DNA of 64,000 nt from Macrostomum lignano (taxonomy: Eukaryota): NCBI GenBank assembly GCA_002269645.1, contig NIVC01000251.1, positions 186,001 to 250,000 of the forward strand. The letters are read 5' to 3'. The position numbers and the translations under genes were made by a program. A model generated the notes under the pieces. That model searched no databases. It was not told where the DNA came from and saw only the letters and a list, made by a program, of their open reading frames with translations. Shown here piece by piece: positions 12,528 to 25,120 of this stretch (positions are counted from its first letter, which is position 1; each line of letters opens with the position of its first letter).

Positions 12528-13786
12528 TTAGTCAGTGCTCCACATGATGACCTTTGTTTTCGATACAAGTCTGCAGGCGCTTCTTAAAGCTATAAGGCTG
12601 TTGAGAGCAAAGTCCACTGGCATATCCTGCATTACCTGCGTTATCCGTGCCTTAAGCTCATCCAGGCTGTCCACTGGCTGTCGGTAGACGTTGTCTTTCA
12701 CCCATCCCCAGGCAAAGAAGTCCATAGGGTTGAGATCAGGACTGCGTGCATTGTCCCATAGCGTCCGATTTCGCGCTCCTCAAAGTTGTGCTGAATCCAT
12801 GCACGCAAATTAAGCCCGATGGGGGCTGGAGCACCATCCTGCATCAGCTACAAGTCACCAGCAACAAATGACTCGTAATTCTGAACCACAGGCAGAAACT
12901 TTGTATCCAGCATTTCCACGTACCGCTCAGAATTCACCGTAACAGTTGCACCCTGCGCATCCTTAAAGAAGAAAGGTCCAACAATGCCGCGGAACCAAAT
13001 TCCAGCCCAGCATGAGACGCATGGACTGTGAAGGGGCATCTGGATAGAGAAATCTGGGTTTTCAATGGCCCAATACCGCGAGTTCCAGGTGTTAGTGTGG
13101 CCGGGTCTATGAAATTTGCTTGCGAGAAGTTTGCTTGCCGAAGTTTGCTTGCGGGACTTTTGCTTGCGGAAATTTGCTTGCCGAAGTCTGCTTGCCGAAC
13201 TTTGCCTGCCGAATTTTGCTTGCCGAACTTTGCTTGCCGAACTTTGCTTGCAGAATTTTGCTTCCCGCAAGCAAACGTCGTACTCCCAGTGTGGCCATGC
13301 AGGGAGAAATGAGCCTCATCAGAGAAAATAATGTTGGTTAACATTTCAGGATCACTGTCAAACATCTCCAGCAAATCAGTTGCGAATAGCACTCGCGCCT
13401 TATGGTCGGCCTCATTCATTGCCTGTTGACGGCGCATGCGATAGGGGTGGCCTCTTATCCAGCACACAAAGGATGGACTGATGGCTAACATTTAGCTCCC
13501 GACTCGCACGACGTACTGACTGTTGTGGTCGCTCTTTGAGGTGTTGAACAACTTGTTCCACATTCTCAGCAGAACGAGCAGTCCGTGGACGCCCAGAAAT
13601 TGTTCGTCGAGCCAAACCAAACTCACAGGCCACCTTAAGTGCATCTTTGATGGTCTTAGCATCTGGAGGGCGTTGGTTGGCATTTAAATTGAACTCACAA
13701 CGCCATCGCCGCTGGACCAACAGCGGACTCTTTAATTCATCCAGCCAGGATGCCATTTTAAATATTTCAACTGGCGTGTAAGTCAT
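12528..13786 (-). pseudogene. Mariner-type transposase with stops, frameshifts and a MITE insertion
   Basis: HTH region (SGRPRTARSAENVEQV, SVRRASRELNVS), IIFSDEAHF, QDGAP, SPDLNPMDFFAWG motifs; third catalytic residue is D. Confidence 0.9.
13103..13287. mobile_element. 185-bp MITE with 9-bp TSD (Mutator-like), made of TTTGCTTGC-core tandem repeats
   Basis: TSD AGTGTGGCC at 13094-13102 and 13288-13296; imperfect TIRs GGGTCTATGAAATTTGCTTGC / GGGAGTACGACGTTTGCTTGC; removal restores transposase LHGHTNTWNSRYW. Confidence 0.8.
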
Positions 13787-15454
13787 AAAGCTGGAATGAA
13801 ATGTGCACAGTAAGTGAGTGAGTGAGTGAAAACTGTGTTTTTTTAGAAAAACTGCTGTAACTTCATGATTTTTTTAGCAATTGCTAAGATTTTTAAACAA
13901 AAAATATATTCAGAATAAAGCTTAAGCAGGCCAAGTTTAAGCCCAATCCATCAATACAGTGCAGAGAAAACTCTGTTTGTAGTCCGGGATACCTTTCTGG
14001 ACCACCCTGTATATCTCTTTTCCGTGGTATGTTCGTTATTGAACAGAAAAGACGCCTCTGCTGTAAGGGGGCTTAGCGAAATTGTTGTTTTGAAGCCCTG
14101 CCCGCTGCCCACATAAAAATTTATTTAGCATTACTGTGAGTAGTCAGTCTAGCATATATTTTTACCCCTGAGAAGTTACAAAAAATTGTTTGCCTCTGGA
14201 ACCAAAAATAGTAAACCGTATTAAATGAATTGCTTAATATGCACATTTTTTAAGAAAAAAGGAAAAAATCAACCAAAAAAACTAACATTTCTAAAAAAGC
14301 CAGGGCATACAGAAAAAAGGTTTGTTCAAACCCAAAAGCTATACCTTCTCAGCTTGATGAGATATCTGTTCTGCCTATCTCTAACCAGCCAATTTGATTT
14401 CAATAGATAGATCTGCGCGAAATAGAGTCTTAAGGCAGCTGATGTACTTCTACCAAACCAAAAAGTTTCGAATTGATCACTCGAAATTCAATTATCAATA
14501 TTTGTCGTGTAGACAGGAGGCCATTATCCGAATGATAATGATCCCTCGGCCTAAATGTCCATTTTTGAATGTTAACCTCGCTTATAGTTTTTTGTCTTGT
14601 TTGCTAAATTTAGAATCAGGCAGCTTTTTGGATGTGCGAAGCCTTGGTTTCATATGCAGAGCCTCACGGGTTTGGGATCAAAGGTCCAAAGCTTGGGCAG
14701 ATAGGTACGGGACAGCCAGATTGGCGAACTGTGTGAAAATAGTATGATTTCGATTTAGTCGGGTGTTCTATCTGAGTGCCTTTCACGAATTGTTGATCGC
14801 TTTTCGGGCCTGGGTCTTTTAAACTGCTTTAGATGGCAACGGAGATCTCAATTCCCACCTCAGTTCTCGGTATTTCGGTTTACAATGGCAAAGTGCTATG
14901 CCGATGAGCCTCTGGGCGCGCCTTGGAGGACGTGCAAGCTCTGAAAAATATGTCTTGGGTCGACGACCACTAGAACGCGAGAATAGCCATGGCGCATTGA
15001 TTTGAGTACAGAACTGCGAGGCTTGAAGTTATCTTAAGTTTGTACATTTATCATCTGCTTAGCCTAGCAGTCTGAGAAGTGTGTAGGTACTACTAGTAGG
15101 TTCAGAATATTTGACAAATTTCCCGATTGGCCCATCGCTTTTTCTATGATCAAAATATTAGGGATCATACCTATAAGGTGTTGTTGCGGAGTAAACACTA
15201 CATTTCGGATCAGCTTAACTCCTGGTGTCTCACCTCTCAGCTAGCGAGTATAGTTCATCTGGTGTAATCCGCCTTTCTTGATTGTGTATGTGAAACCTGC
15301 GCGGAGAGACCCCTAGGCGCGCCTTGAAGGACGTCCAAGTCTCACGAATAGACCAGCCTCGACGGGGATTGCGAATCCGGACGCAGCAATGGCAACACTG
15401 GAGGGTTTGGAGAGTTTCCAAATAACTATACCACGCAGGGGAGCTCTGTGACAC

Positions 15455-16500
15455 CCGGGGCGCCCACATATTGGTGCCCGCAAGTTAGAGGTATTAGAGC
15501 TAGAGGAGACCAGACTAATTTTAGAGTGCGAAATAAAAATTCAATTCGAATTAAAAAGCCGCTAAAGGAGAGACATGAAAGACTGGAACTGTTTAGCTGA
15601 AGGAAAGCTGTGACCTTAGCCAATTGTGAAATTCAGGTGAAATTCAAGAGAGCATTGCAAGCGAAGAAGTTGAGTAGAGAATCAGTGAAGCGACAATTTG
15701 GTGATAGTCAGTTGAGTGACTGAATTAGTCAAAGTGACAGTGAGTTGTAAGGAGTTGATTTTGCTTATTTTGTGTGTGTTTTTTTGCGTTTGCAATTTTA
15801 ATTGCAAGTTTTGGTTTTTTAGTACACCTTGTGTGTACGAGCGTATCATTTGCGTATTTTGCGTATTTTGCTTATTTTGTTTCTTTGCCCTTTTGCTTTT
15901 GAGTTGAGTTCCCACGCGTCACTGGAACTCAACCCCCCATTTTTCTTGCGTGTCTATTATTGCGTAAACCCCCCCCCATTTCGGAATTTCATTCTTCCCC
16001 CGGTCCCCCCACTTCAATCTCCCTCGTGAATCATTTGCATTGCTTTTGTCTAGCTTTGAAGCAGACACCCAATTTTTCGGCTTAACGCCATTCTAATTTC
16101 ATTTTCTGTCCCGACTTAGCTAAGTTCTGTTTCGGCAACTGGTGTTGTAACCGACCTATGGCTACATGTAATCCCGGTTCAGAATCCTCCAGTGGTGTAG
16201 GAGATGATGGAGGTGGCGATAGTTTTTCAGTCCAGTCCGACTCTGAGGTGGGAGAGCCCCTCCAATCGGAAGGGAACATGCGATTCAGCCTGGGCCTGAG
16301 AGGAGGCAAAAACCCAATTTCATGTTCCCACTCTAAACGGGCACAATGGGAACGTTTTCCTGTGGTTCGAGAGGTTAAAGTTCAAGTTCCAATCCGAATG
16401 CACTCAAACTGAGACCGAACGAGTAAACACCCTGATTAACCACCTCGACGGAGAGTGGCAGGATGCTGCAATCTTCTTTCGGAACGCAGGTAGAAGCTAC
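15455..16500 (+). mobile_element. Possible LTR 3' end, PBS and leader/gag start of an LTR element
   Basis: GGGGCGCCCACA (ends 15468) followed by TATTGGTGCCCG (TGG-starting PBS-like); long leader, then short ORF 16158-16412; cut off by the LTR at 16501. Confidence 0.35.
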
Positions 16501-17321
16501 TGTCACGTTATTGGCGTAGAGGCTATGACCCTTAGAAGGGCCGTTTTACGAGAGTTGTCGTAAGTCGTAGTCCCAAAATGAATCGAAGTCAATTCTTGCA
16601 AAGCGGATTGTGTAGCGGAGCACTTGGCGTATAAGGGCAGGAAACTGCCGTAGCTAATTTATTGTCGAGATCAATATTAGACTGGTCAATATCAATACAA
16701 ACTTATAGTGTTCTGGGCACTGGCGGCTGCAACAACGGTTTTGAAGTGATTAGAATATGAAGTCGAGTGGCAGGCGAAGGATACAATGGCGACGCAACGT
16801 AGTGAGTGATGGCGATGAGCACAGTGGAGGCAGTGAGTAGTAAGTAAACAGGCAGATAAGTAACGGTGAGAGTGGCGTTAGCCGTGGCAGTACACAGTGG
16901 AGTACGGAGTGTAGACAGGCTGGCCCAGACAGAGGAGCCGGGGCGAGAGATAAGGAGGCTCGAGGCAGCCAGGAGAGCGAAAAGGAAAACGAGAGCCAGA
17001 CGCCCGAAGCCAGAAGAGAGGAGCCCCCCCCAGCCCGCCGCCAGGCGGGGGTTAATAAAGAGCGCAGAGGGCTAGCAATATACACGCGGAGATTTTTCAT
17101 TGGCTGGCGAGAGGACTTGAAATTATCGATCGTGGTAAAATTTACAGACGAACGCAAGGCCTACCAAATACACAGTGAATTAGCAATTGATACAGATCAT
17201 TTGCACGCTACTACAAGTAAACGTTAAAATAAACTATTGGAGAAACTTAGATGAGACATTGCGAGGGAAACTATAGTCCAACGGCCCTTTTGCGGGACCA
17301 CCTTAAACTAGCAACGTCACA
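16501..17321 (-). mobile_element. LTR (TGTGAC...GTGACA on minus), probably the 3' LTR of a truncated element
   Basis: Highly similar along its length to 54943-55724; preceded on minus by purine tract GGAAGGGAGGCGGG (PPT-like); flanks do not form a TSD. Confidence 0.85.
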
Positions 17322-17864
17322 CCCGCCTCCCTTCCGAAAAACGATAGGGTCACGCAAAAGAAAACCAACACGCGGGGTGACGGCAGAAACACAGCATGAC
17401 CGTAGCATATGAAATTACAGTAGAATGAATTACAGTGGGGTTGAGTTAGTTTATATGAGTATATGATTACTGGAGGCCTTAGGGATTACTGACCCACAGG
17501 CTTACAAGTGGCTGAATAATCGAAGTCAAAATTACAGAACAGGTGGTAGGATTACAGAAAGTTACAGAACATTACAAAGGAGACGATAGGGGGATTACAG
17601 AGCGGTAGGACGCAGTGAGCGCGAGTAGTGTAACATGGTAGCGTTACAAAAACATAGCACAAATATAACAATGGTTACGGAGTAGCGCAGAACAGAGCGC
17701 GTGTGCGCGAACACAAAAAAACGACAAAAGGACGCGCAGAAGTGATACGATGGATGAGGCAAAACACAGAACGAGGATGACAAGATGGATGAGGCAAAGG
17801 ATGCAGAGCAGAGGCACGGAACAGAGGCAAGGTCCGGACAACTGCGGGCAAACGACGCCAGGCG

Positions 17865-18025
17865 TCAAGGGCGGCGGGACACGGCGCGGCGCGCCAAGGC
17901 GGAGACGGCGCAGGAGCGCCCAAGGCAGAAGACGGCGCAGCGCGCCAGGCGGAGAACGGCGCAGCGCGCCAAGGCAGAAAACGGCGCAGGAGCGCCAAGG
18001 CAGGAAACGGCGCCACGCGCCAAGG
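17865..18025. repeat. GC-rich tandem repeat (GGCGCAG.GCGCCAAGGCAGAA..AC-like, about 27 bp)
   Basis: Visible periodicity in the internal region next to the LTR. Confidence 0.75.
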
Positions 18026-19853
18026 CAGGGATCTGCGTGCAGGTGTGTGTGCATGTGCGTGTGTTTATGTTGAAATTATTTTATCTACTTTTATCCCACA
18101 CAAGCTATATATATATACCTATGATTATTCCTTTGAAATTTGCGAAATTTGGTGACGAGCTACAGCTCATTTTCGATGAAAGTGACGCTGGCCTGATCAA
18201 CCAGTTGTGCAGCGTTACGCTGCACTCGTCAATGGGCTGAGTAGCGAACTGAGCTAGCTATTTTCCTATATGCATATTTTTTCCAAGCTTTCAATGGTTT
18301 TTTATAGTTGCTTATGAGTTTTACTAGTCGCCCGTTGGTATATTTTAATTAACAACCGTATATTGCACGTTATATGGTTTTGGGGTATTAACGTCAGAGG
18401 TGACGCCCTTATACACTTTATCGACTACGGAAAAACCGAACGGGTGCAATAGGATTATTCTGAGCTATCAATTATTTTTGCCATCGCTTATACTATCGAT
18501 ACTATCTTGTTTATACTATCTATACTATTACTATTTAATTCATATTGTCGTCATATTAGGCTTACAGGGCATACGCGCCCTAGTGTACTTCATAGATTAC
18601 GGCAATGCCGATGCAGGCGGCGAACTACTACAATATATTTTCGACAACTATTATATTTATAATATTCATATCATAATCATATTTTCGACAATAAAGTGCT
18701 TTTATGAATAAATTTTAAGTTTATTTTTGAGTTAACTAGTTTGGCTTGTGGCTTGTGTTTTTTGGCTTGCGGCTGGCAGATGCCGCAGGGACCTGTGGCC
18801 AACAGGTGCCACAGGAGGTAGTTTTACGCCTTGCCCGGGGCGTGAGCTTGCGGTCTACAGGTGCCGCAGTGACCTGTGGCCGGCAGGTGCCACAGGAGGT
18901 AGTTTTACGCCTTGCCCGGGGCGTGAAAAACTGGCGGTTAGTGTCTGCTTCCCCACTGCTGGAGCAGGTCGGGCACTTGACAGGTCCGGTACCTGACAGG
19001 CGGGCGGATGGGGCGTCCGTACCTGCCCAGTGTAAAAAGTCGAGTCCGACGGACTCAGATTCGTCATAGTCCGCAGTGATAGGTTATGTACGACCATGTC
19101 TTATCTGATCGGACCCTGATCGGACCCTGACTTGTAGACTTTGGAAAGACTGCTATTGGACTCTCTATTTATGGCTACTATCAGTAGTGTTTATTGCGAA
19201 GTTTGCTTGATTTAAAAAGAGAATTAAAAATTGTTTTATTTCTTTTTAAGCATTGCAATGAGTTGTTTTACTTTTTTGTTTTTGAAGTTTATTTGTATAT
19301 AATTATTACAATAGATTACAATAAATTAATTAGCAATGATAAATGTACCTATAATGACAAATTATAATTCTTTATACTAAATGTTTCATTACCCAGCCAT
19401 ACCGTACATTTTTTCCAGTCAAACATTAAAATAGACAGTTATTAAATATTAATCAGAATCTGAGTCAACGACTGTAGGCCGGCTGCCCCTTTTGCACTGC
19501 TTTTTGGCTGATAAATCATCGGCTGTGGCAGCCCGCTTCAATCCTCTGGTCGCTGTAGCAGCGGCAGCTTCAGCATTATCGGTGGCCCGTGCAGCTTTTG
19601 CTTGAAGTCGCTTCTGCCTCGCAACCTCTTTCCAATGCGTGCTTCAGGACGTCTTTGATAGCATTCTCAATGCTCTTGTCGCTATGCACAGGTTCCCCCG
19701 TTTTAGGGTCCCTTGGAAAGAGGTCCTGAACGGCATCTGAAAAAAATAATTATCAAGTTCATGTTGTAATGATCACGCTTGTAGATGTCTACTATCAGTA
19801 GCAACAACCGGAAATAAAAAAGAGAAATGAAACTTCAACATAATATGCCCGAT

Positions 19854-21622
19854 TTACTGTAAATCAAAAAGTGTGATCCCCGACCCCGAGTGATTCTGGG
19901 TGTGGTGAACTGGAGTGCAATAGAATAGTGAGTAGTGGTGAACTGGAAGCAAACGAATAGCTATAAATTCCAACAAGCACTCACCAATAAACAACTTTCT
20001 GACTCTCTTGAATCCCAGCTGCTCATAGTCGATGATGCCGCACTCTGGAAATTCCTCTTGGCAGCGCGGAATACAGCCTTTGCCGCTCCAATTGACCAGA
20101 CACAGCATCCTCGGCGACAAACACTTGTCCATCATTCGACGGATCGTATCCGGCAGGGTGCTGCACCGGCAACCACGCAGGCCTGCGATCTGAGTTGTGA
20201 CATAAAAAGTATCCGGTGAATTGTGAAAACTTTCAATTTTCAATTTTCAAAAACAAATCCTCAAAAAGTGTCACGCTCTACTTTAAGTAGAAATACATAA
20301 TCACTTATTTCATTTCCACACTACACATTCGGTTAACTTTATCCACAAAGATGACAAACTAAAAAATGAGCTGTCTTCTTTTTAAGTGATTGTGATTCTC
20401 TTCCTATCAGTGTTTCGGATATACTTACAAGGCTGGACTGAAGCTGCGTTGATGAGAGAAAGTCAATATACTTCTCCAGGAGTCGATGGGCTCAAAGTAT
20501 TGGCGACTGCCGCGGGCTGGTCCTGATGTTCCGGAGCCGAGACGTGCGTCCGCGAGGGAAGAAGCGATGCCCTCCAGAATCGGCAGCACTTTTTGCTCCA
20601 GCTGCTTAATTCTTCGGACAGCGTCGCAGCTTCGGCGTGCGCTCAGCATGGCTAGTATGGTGACTCCGTTCAGCGATTCGGCCGTTGTTCCTTCTGCTGC
20701 GAGATACTGCCTGATGTTGTGCATCGCTGCTGGATTTAGTTGGTCGATCCCAGCGTCAGAATCTGGGTCATCGGCGACATACCGCCGAACTGTTGTCGGC
20801 GGCGTAGCTGGCACCGACATCGACGTCGCCGCTACGCTGTCCCGCCGAACTGTTGTCGGCGGCGTGGCTGGCACCGACATCGACGTCGCCGCGACGCTGT
20901 CCCGCCGAACTGTTGTCGGTGGCGTGGCTGGCACCGACATCGACGTCGCCGCGACGCTGTCCCGCCGAACTGTTGTCGGCGGCGTGGCTGGCACCGACAT
21001 CGACGGTGGCGTACGTGTGTTCAGCGGGTGCCGTTGAGAAGGCAGAAGGGCGTGATTGAAGGCAGGCAGCTCTGGTTGAGCAGCAAGAGCTGCAACGTCC
21101 CCTTCCTGGCTTTCCCTCATCCGGTTTCGCTCTGCGCCTCATTCTCTTCGTCGGATGTTCTAATGTCCTTTGGTATGAGAGTGGGTGAAAGAAGCTGAGA
21201 AGTGCGAGTGAATGACGGTTAGAGAAAATTGATAATTAAATTTGAAATTGAATAAAAATATTTTTACTTACCCTCATGTTCGTGAATCGGTTCCGCCGGC
21301 CGACATTCACCCTGGGAATGGCGCACAGAATCCCTTCGAGACTCTTTCTTTTAATGCTGATCAAATCCCGAATAAATTTTATAGTCGGGTCTGTTTCCGT
21401 GTTCTCATCAAGTACAATTTGAACTATGCACGCGTCAAACCATTCATTGCCGAAGTCGGCCCTTACTCTAATTGGATTTTTATAAAAGCGATTTTCTGCG
21501 CCTAACTTCTCCCAGTCCTCCACAGTATACTCTTGGTACTCACCAAGAGCTACCTCACTGAACATGAGCTCAATGACCTGCTTGTCGGTCTCAAAATAAA
21601 CAATGAATCGGACAGATTCCAT
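19854..21622 (-). pseudogene. Multi-exon accessory gene of a CACTA/EnSpm-like element (DUF4806/BEN-like C-terminus)
   Basis: ORFs 21236-21622, 20425-21120 (ending YFEPIDS) and 19854-20243 (TIRRMMDKCLSPRMLCLVNWSGKG) resemble DUF4806-type accessory proteins; divergent from a transposase-like ORF at 21903. Confidence 0.5.
20775..21005. repeat. 60-bp coding tandem repeat (SMSVPATPPTTVRRDSVAAT), about 3.7 copies
   Basis: Direct periodicity within ORF 20425-21120. Confidence 0.9.
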
Positions 21623-21902
21623 TGCTGTCTGTCAAATCTAGATGGGAATCGGAACTGGAAAAAAGACTGGATTGACTGTCTTCTATGCAGGTTGGCATGA
21701 GAATATAGCTATAGTTGCGGGAAAGGGATGCAGGAAAATCAAATTCATCATCCAATCAGCGCAGCTATAGCTGTATTGACCAACCCTCACCCATTACTCG
21801 ACCTCCTCCCCATTCTTCCCTCCCCCTTGCCACTCGGGCCTCGATCCTAAATCAAGCTTCAAAAAATGAAAAATATTAAAAATCATTCGAAATGAAAAAA
21901 AA

Positions 21903-22469
21903 ATGAGTTGTATTTGCAAAACAAATATGCCGAAGGAAAAAAAAACCGAGGACGACACGAATCCAAGCAGACAGTTTCAAAACTTCCTATCTGAAAGCCG
22001 GAAGTCTGCACTACCCATTGAAAATCTACATGCCGATGCAAATATTTTCCCAGCTTGCGCTGAAACCGACCCTGCAGATCACGATTTCGAATTCGACTCA
22101 GGATTCCTCGCACAGTGCATGAATGCTTTGGTTCTTCCGAGCGAATACGAAGATGACGAAGCCAGAGTAGCTTCTGATGATGAAGATAGTGAAGACGAGG
22201 CAGCGAAGCCCAGCATGGACACTCTAGACGACGAGCTGCTCGTCCTTTTCTTGCTGCACAACCTGTCTCACAGGGCCATGCAGTTCCTCTTAAATGCACT
22301 TCACAGTCGTGGATTGCCTGTTTCCAAATCCCTTTACTTATTAACAACGAAGGATGGTCAAAAGAAAGTCCTTAAATACCCAATGGGGACAGGCGACTTT
22401 GCATACTTAGGTATTGCCTCGAATATCAAAAAAACAAACAAAATACACGCAAAGATGCTCACACTACAG
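21903..22469 (+). pseudogene. N-terminal part of a CACTA/EnSpm-like transposase, truncated
   Basis: Acidic N-terminus, then FLLHNLSHRAMQFLLNALHSRGLP..., MGTGDFAYLGI, KMLTLQF; stops just before the expected (N/S)xDG catalytic motif, where Gypsy sequence begins. Confidence 0.55.
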
Positions 22470-25120
22470 TTCCTAGGATTCCGTGTTTCGGAGTCAGGGA
22501 TTTCAACTGACCCTCACAAGGTCTGTGCCGTCCAGGACTGGCCGCAACCAAAGACAGTCAAGGAGGTTCAGTCTTTTCTGGGCTTTGTAAATTACTACCA
22601 TCAGTTTGTCCCAGATATCAGTGAGCTATCGAGTAAGCTCACCCAACTGACCAAGAAGGGAACGAAAAATTTCGCCCAAAAGTGGACATGAAGCGGCTTT
22701 CAGCGAACTCAAAAGGAGGCTGACAAATGCAACAGTCTTGGCCCATCCGAATTTCGAACAAGGGGCTGGAGAATTTGTTCTAGATTGCTATGCCAGTTAG
22801 AATTCAATTGGTGCCGTGTTGAGCCAAAAGCAGGATGACGGGACAGAGAGAGTCATCGCCTTCGGTAGTAAAACCTTGAGCAGCAGCGAGATGAACCACT
22901 GCGTCACAAAGCTCGAGATGAAGAATTTGGTCTTTTTCACTGGACACTTCCGCTATTACCTTTTGGGAAGGCCGTTCTTGGTAAGAACGGATCATCGTTC
23001 GCTTACTTGGCTCAAGAACTTCAAAGATCCGACGGGAATTATTGCCCAGTGGATTAACCATCTGGCCGAATACGACTTCAGAGTGGAATATCGCCCAGGT
23101 AGACTTCATACCAATGCTGACGCACTGAGCCGGCGTCCAGCGCACCGACATGGCGACTGCCCAGTTTGTAGGCCTCTCGAGGAAGGGAATTTCGGTGAGC
23201 CAGAAGAAAAATCTCCCATAGAAACCGTCGCCCAAGTCAGGGCCCTCTTCGCGGAGCCACTTCAGGGGCCCAAAAACGATCGGTTGGTCTCACTGTCAGA
23301 GATTGCCGAAAGCCAGCAAGAGGACCCTGTCTTGAGGGAAGTTTTGCAACTCAAAAGGGACGCCGCCTATTGTCCCGAGCGACTAGATAACCAAGCCCCA
23401 AAGCATGTTTTTTCGGAAGCTTGCGAACGTGTGGGACATCCTTGAGGTGGATGAAGGTGTTCTTAAGATCAACACCGGTGAGGGCGCTGACGGAAGGAGA
23501 ATCGTGTTTGCCTGAAGCACTGGACAAGAAGGTTTTCCATTCGCTGCACGATGAACCCCTCGCAGGACACTTTGGGCGTAACAAAGTCACTGAAAGGTTC
23601 AAACTGCGTTTCTGGCGACCTGGTCTAACTAAGCGTATTCAAGAACTTTGTGTAGCGTGTGAGGTGTGCATGAGGTCCAAGCCGTTTCATGGGCCCAAAG
23701 CCCCGGTCCAGGAGTTCGAGTTAAGTGAGAAATTCACACGAATCCATCTTGATTTCGTTGGGCCCCTCGGCCGAAGGACAAAGACCAGAAGAGGCAACAC
23801 CAGCATCTTAACTGTCACGGACAGTTACACTGGTTGGGTCGAGGCGTATCCTACGAAAGATCAGACCACGAGGACTGTGACCGAGTTCTCCAGCGCGAGT
23901 TCATCCCTCGATTCGGAGTCCCTGACTGGATCCATTCAGACCAGGGTCAGCACTTTGAATCTCGAAGGTTCCGAAAGTTCTGCGACTCCATGGGGATTCG
24001 GAAAACTCACACTACCCCGTATCACCCTCAAGGGAACGGGATGGCTGAGGTGCAGCATAGGACTCTTAAGATGCTGCTTACCACGCTGTTAGAGAAAGAC
24101 CACAAAAACTAGGATGAGGAACTTCCGTACTGCTTGATGGCGATGCGGTCCAGCGTCATAAGGACGTCGGGCTACTCACCCTTTTTCTTGGTGTACGGCC
24201 AAGAGGCCAGGCTGCCGCTGGATGTCGCAATCGCGCCGGCCCCTCCTGCTCCTGGCTACGACGCATATGCGGGCCAGCTTCTTTCGAGCCTGCAGGAAGC
24301 CAGAAAGAACCTTGAGGACCTGGCAAAGAATCGAGTCCAATCGCAGCCGAGACGAGCTAACACGTGTCGGGATCTGGAGGTCGGGGACATTGTGTTCTTG
24401 GCGAACCCCGTGATTGAAGACTGGGAAATCCCCAAGTTCCACAAAACGCACACTGGCCCGTGGAGAGTGGTCGGCCGGCCGGCGCCGGTCGTCTACGACA
24501 TCTCCCCGGTGTTCCCGCTTCCCGGGAGGCGAGGAACTTTCCGAACCCATCGGGACACCTTACGACCTGCGCCTCCAGGATTCCAACCGAAGCCGGTAGG
24601 CCAAGAGGGGCCAGAGCAGGAACAACGAAGTCGGGGGCGGCCGCCAATGAGGCCAGCCCCGGCTCCTGCAGAGGCTATCCATCCACCGGAGTACGACGAG
24701 GAGGTCGATCCTGTTGTGATCACCAGGCGCTGGATCCCGCATCCTCCGACCCAACACCAGGACGATATGGTCCGGGAGACACTGAATGAAGGATCGGGAG
24801 ACGGCCCACCACAGGACGAAGTGGTGCAGGAGAACAACGAAGCGGATTGTCCTGAAGGGCCACGTTCGCCGCGAGGGAGTCGTCTGCGGCCCAGGGATGT
24901 TGTTGCGCCACCGGACCGCTGGGGATTCCCTCGGCAAACCATCCTATCTGAAACTGGTCGGGCTATTCAGCCCAAACAGGTTAGGTTCGCGAATAGGTTG
25001 ACATGCAATAGCAGTTCGCCGAAGGTCTGCAGAATCGAGCACACCCCGAGGATGATTCCAAATTGGCGGGAAGTTTTGGATCGGCAGATTCGAATTTTCT
25101 TGGGAGATCCAGCTTTTTGA
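22470..25120 (+). pseudogene. Gypsy pol remnant (RT thumb, RNase H, integrase) with stops and frameshifts
   Basis: FLGFRVS..GISTDP, VQSFLGFVNYY, GAVLSQ, RTDHRSL, EYRPGRLHTNADALSR, HDEPLAGHFG...CVAC, IHLDFVGP, SDQGQHF, HPQGNGMAE. Confidence 0.93.

Larger units (their letters stand above)
12304..14009 (-). mobile_element. Tc1/mariner superfamily element (maT/rosa-like DDD type), about 180-bp TIRs, TA TSD
   Basis: TA|CAGGGTGGTCCAGAAAGG... at left and ...CCTTTCTGGACCACCCTG|TA at right with long imperfect TIRs. Confidence 0.92.

Noticed and set aside
18950-19035. CACTG...CAGTG as the terminus of the second CACTA-like element
   Set aside because: Inverted match is loose, no TSD or partner end found.
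21903-22691. Genuine transposase-reverse transcriptase fusion protein
   Set aside because: Both parts are truncated before their catalytic motifs and the frame stops soon after; best explained as a chance in-frame deletion or insertion junction.
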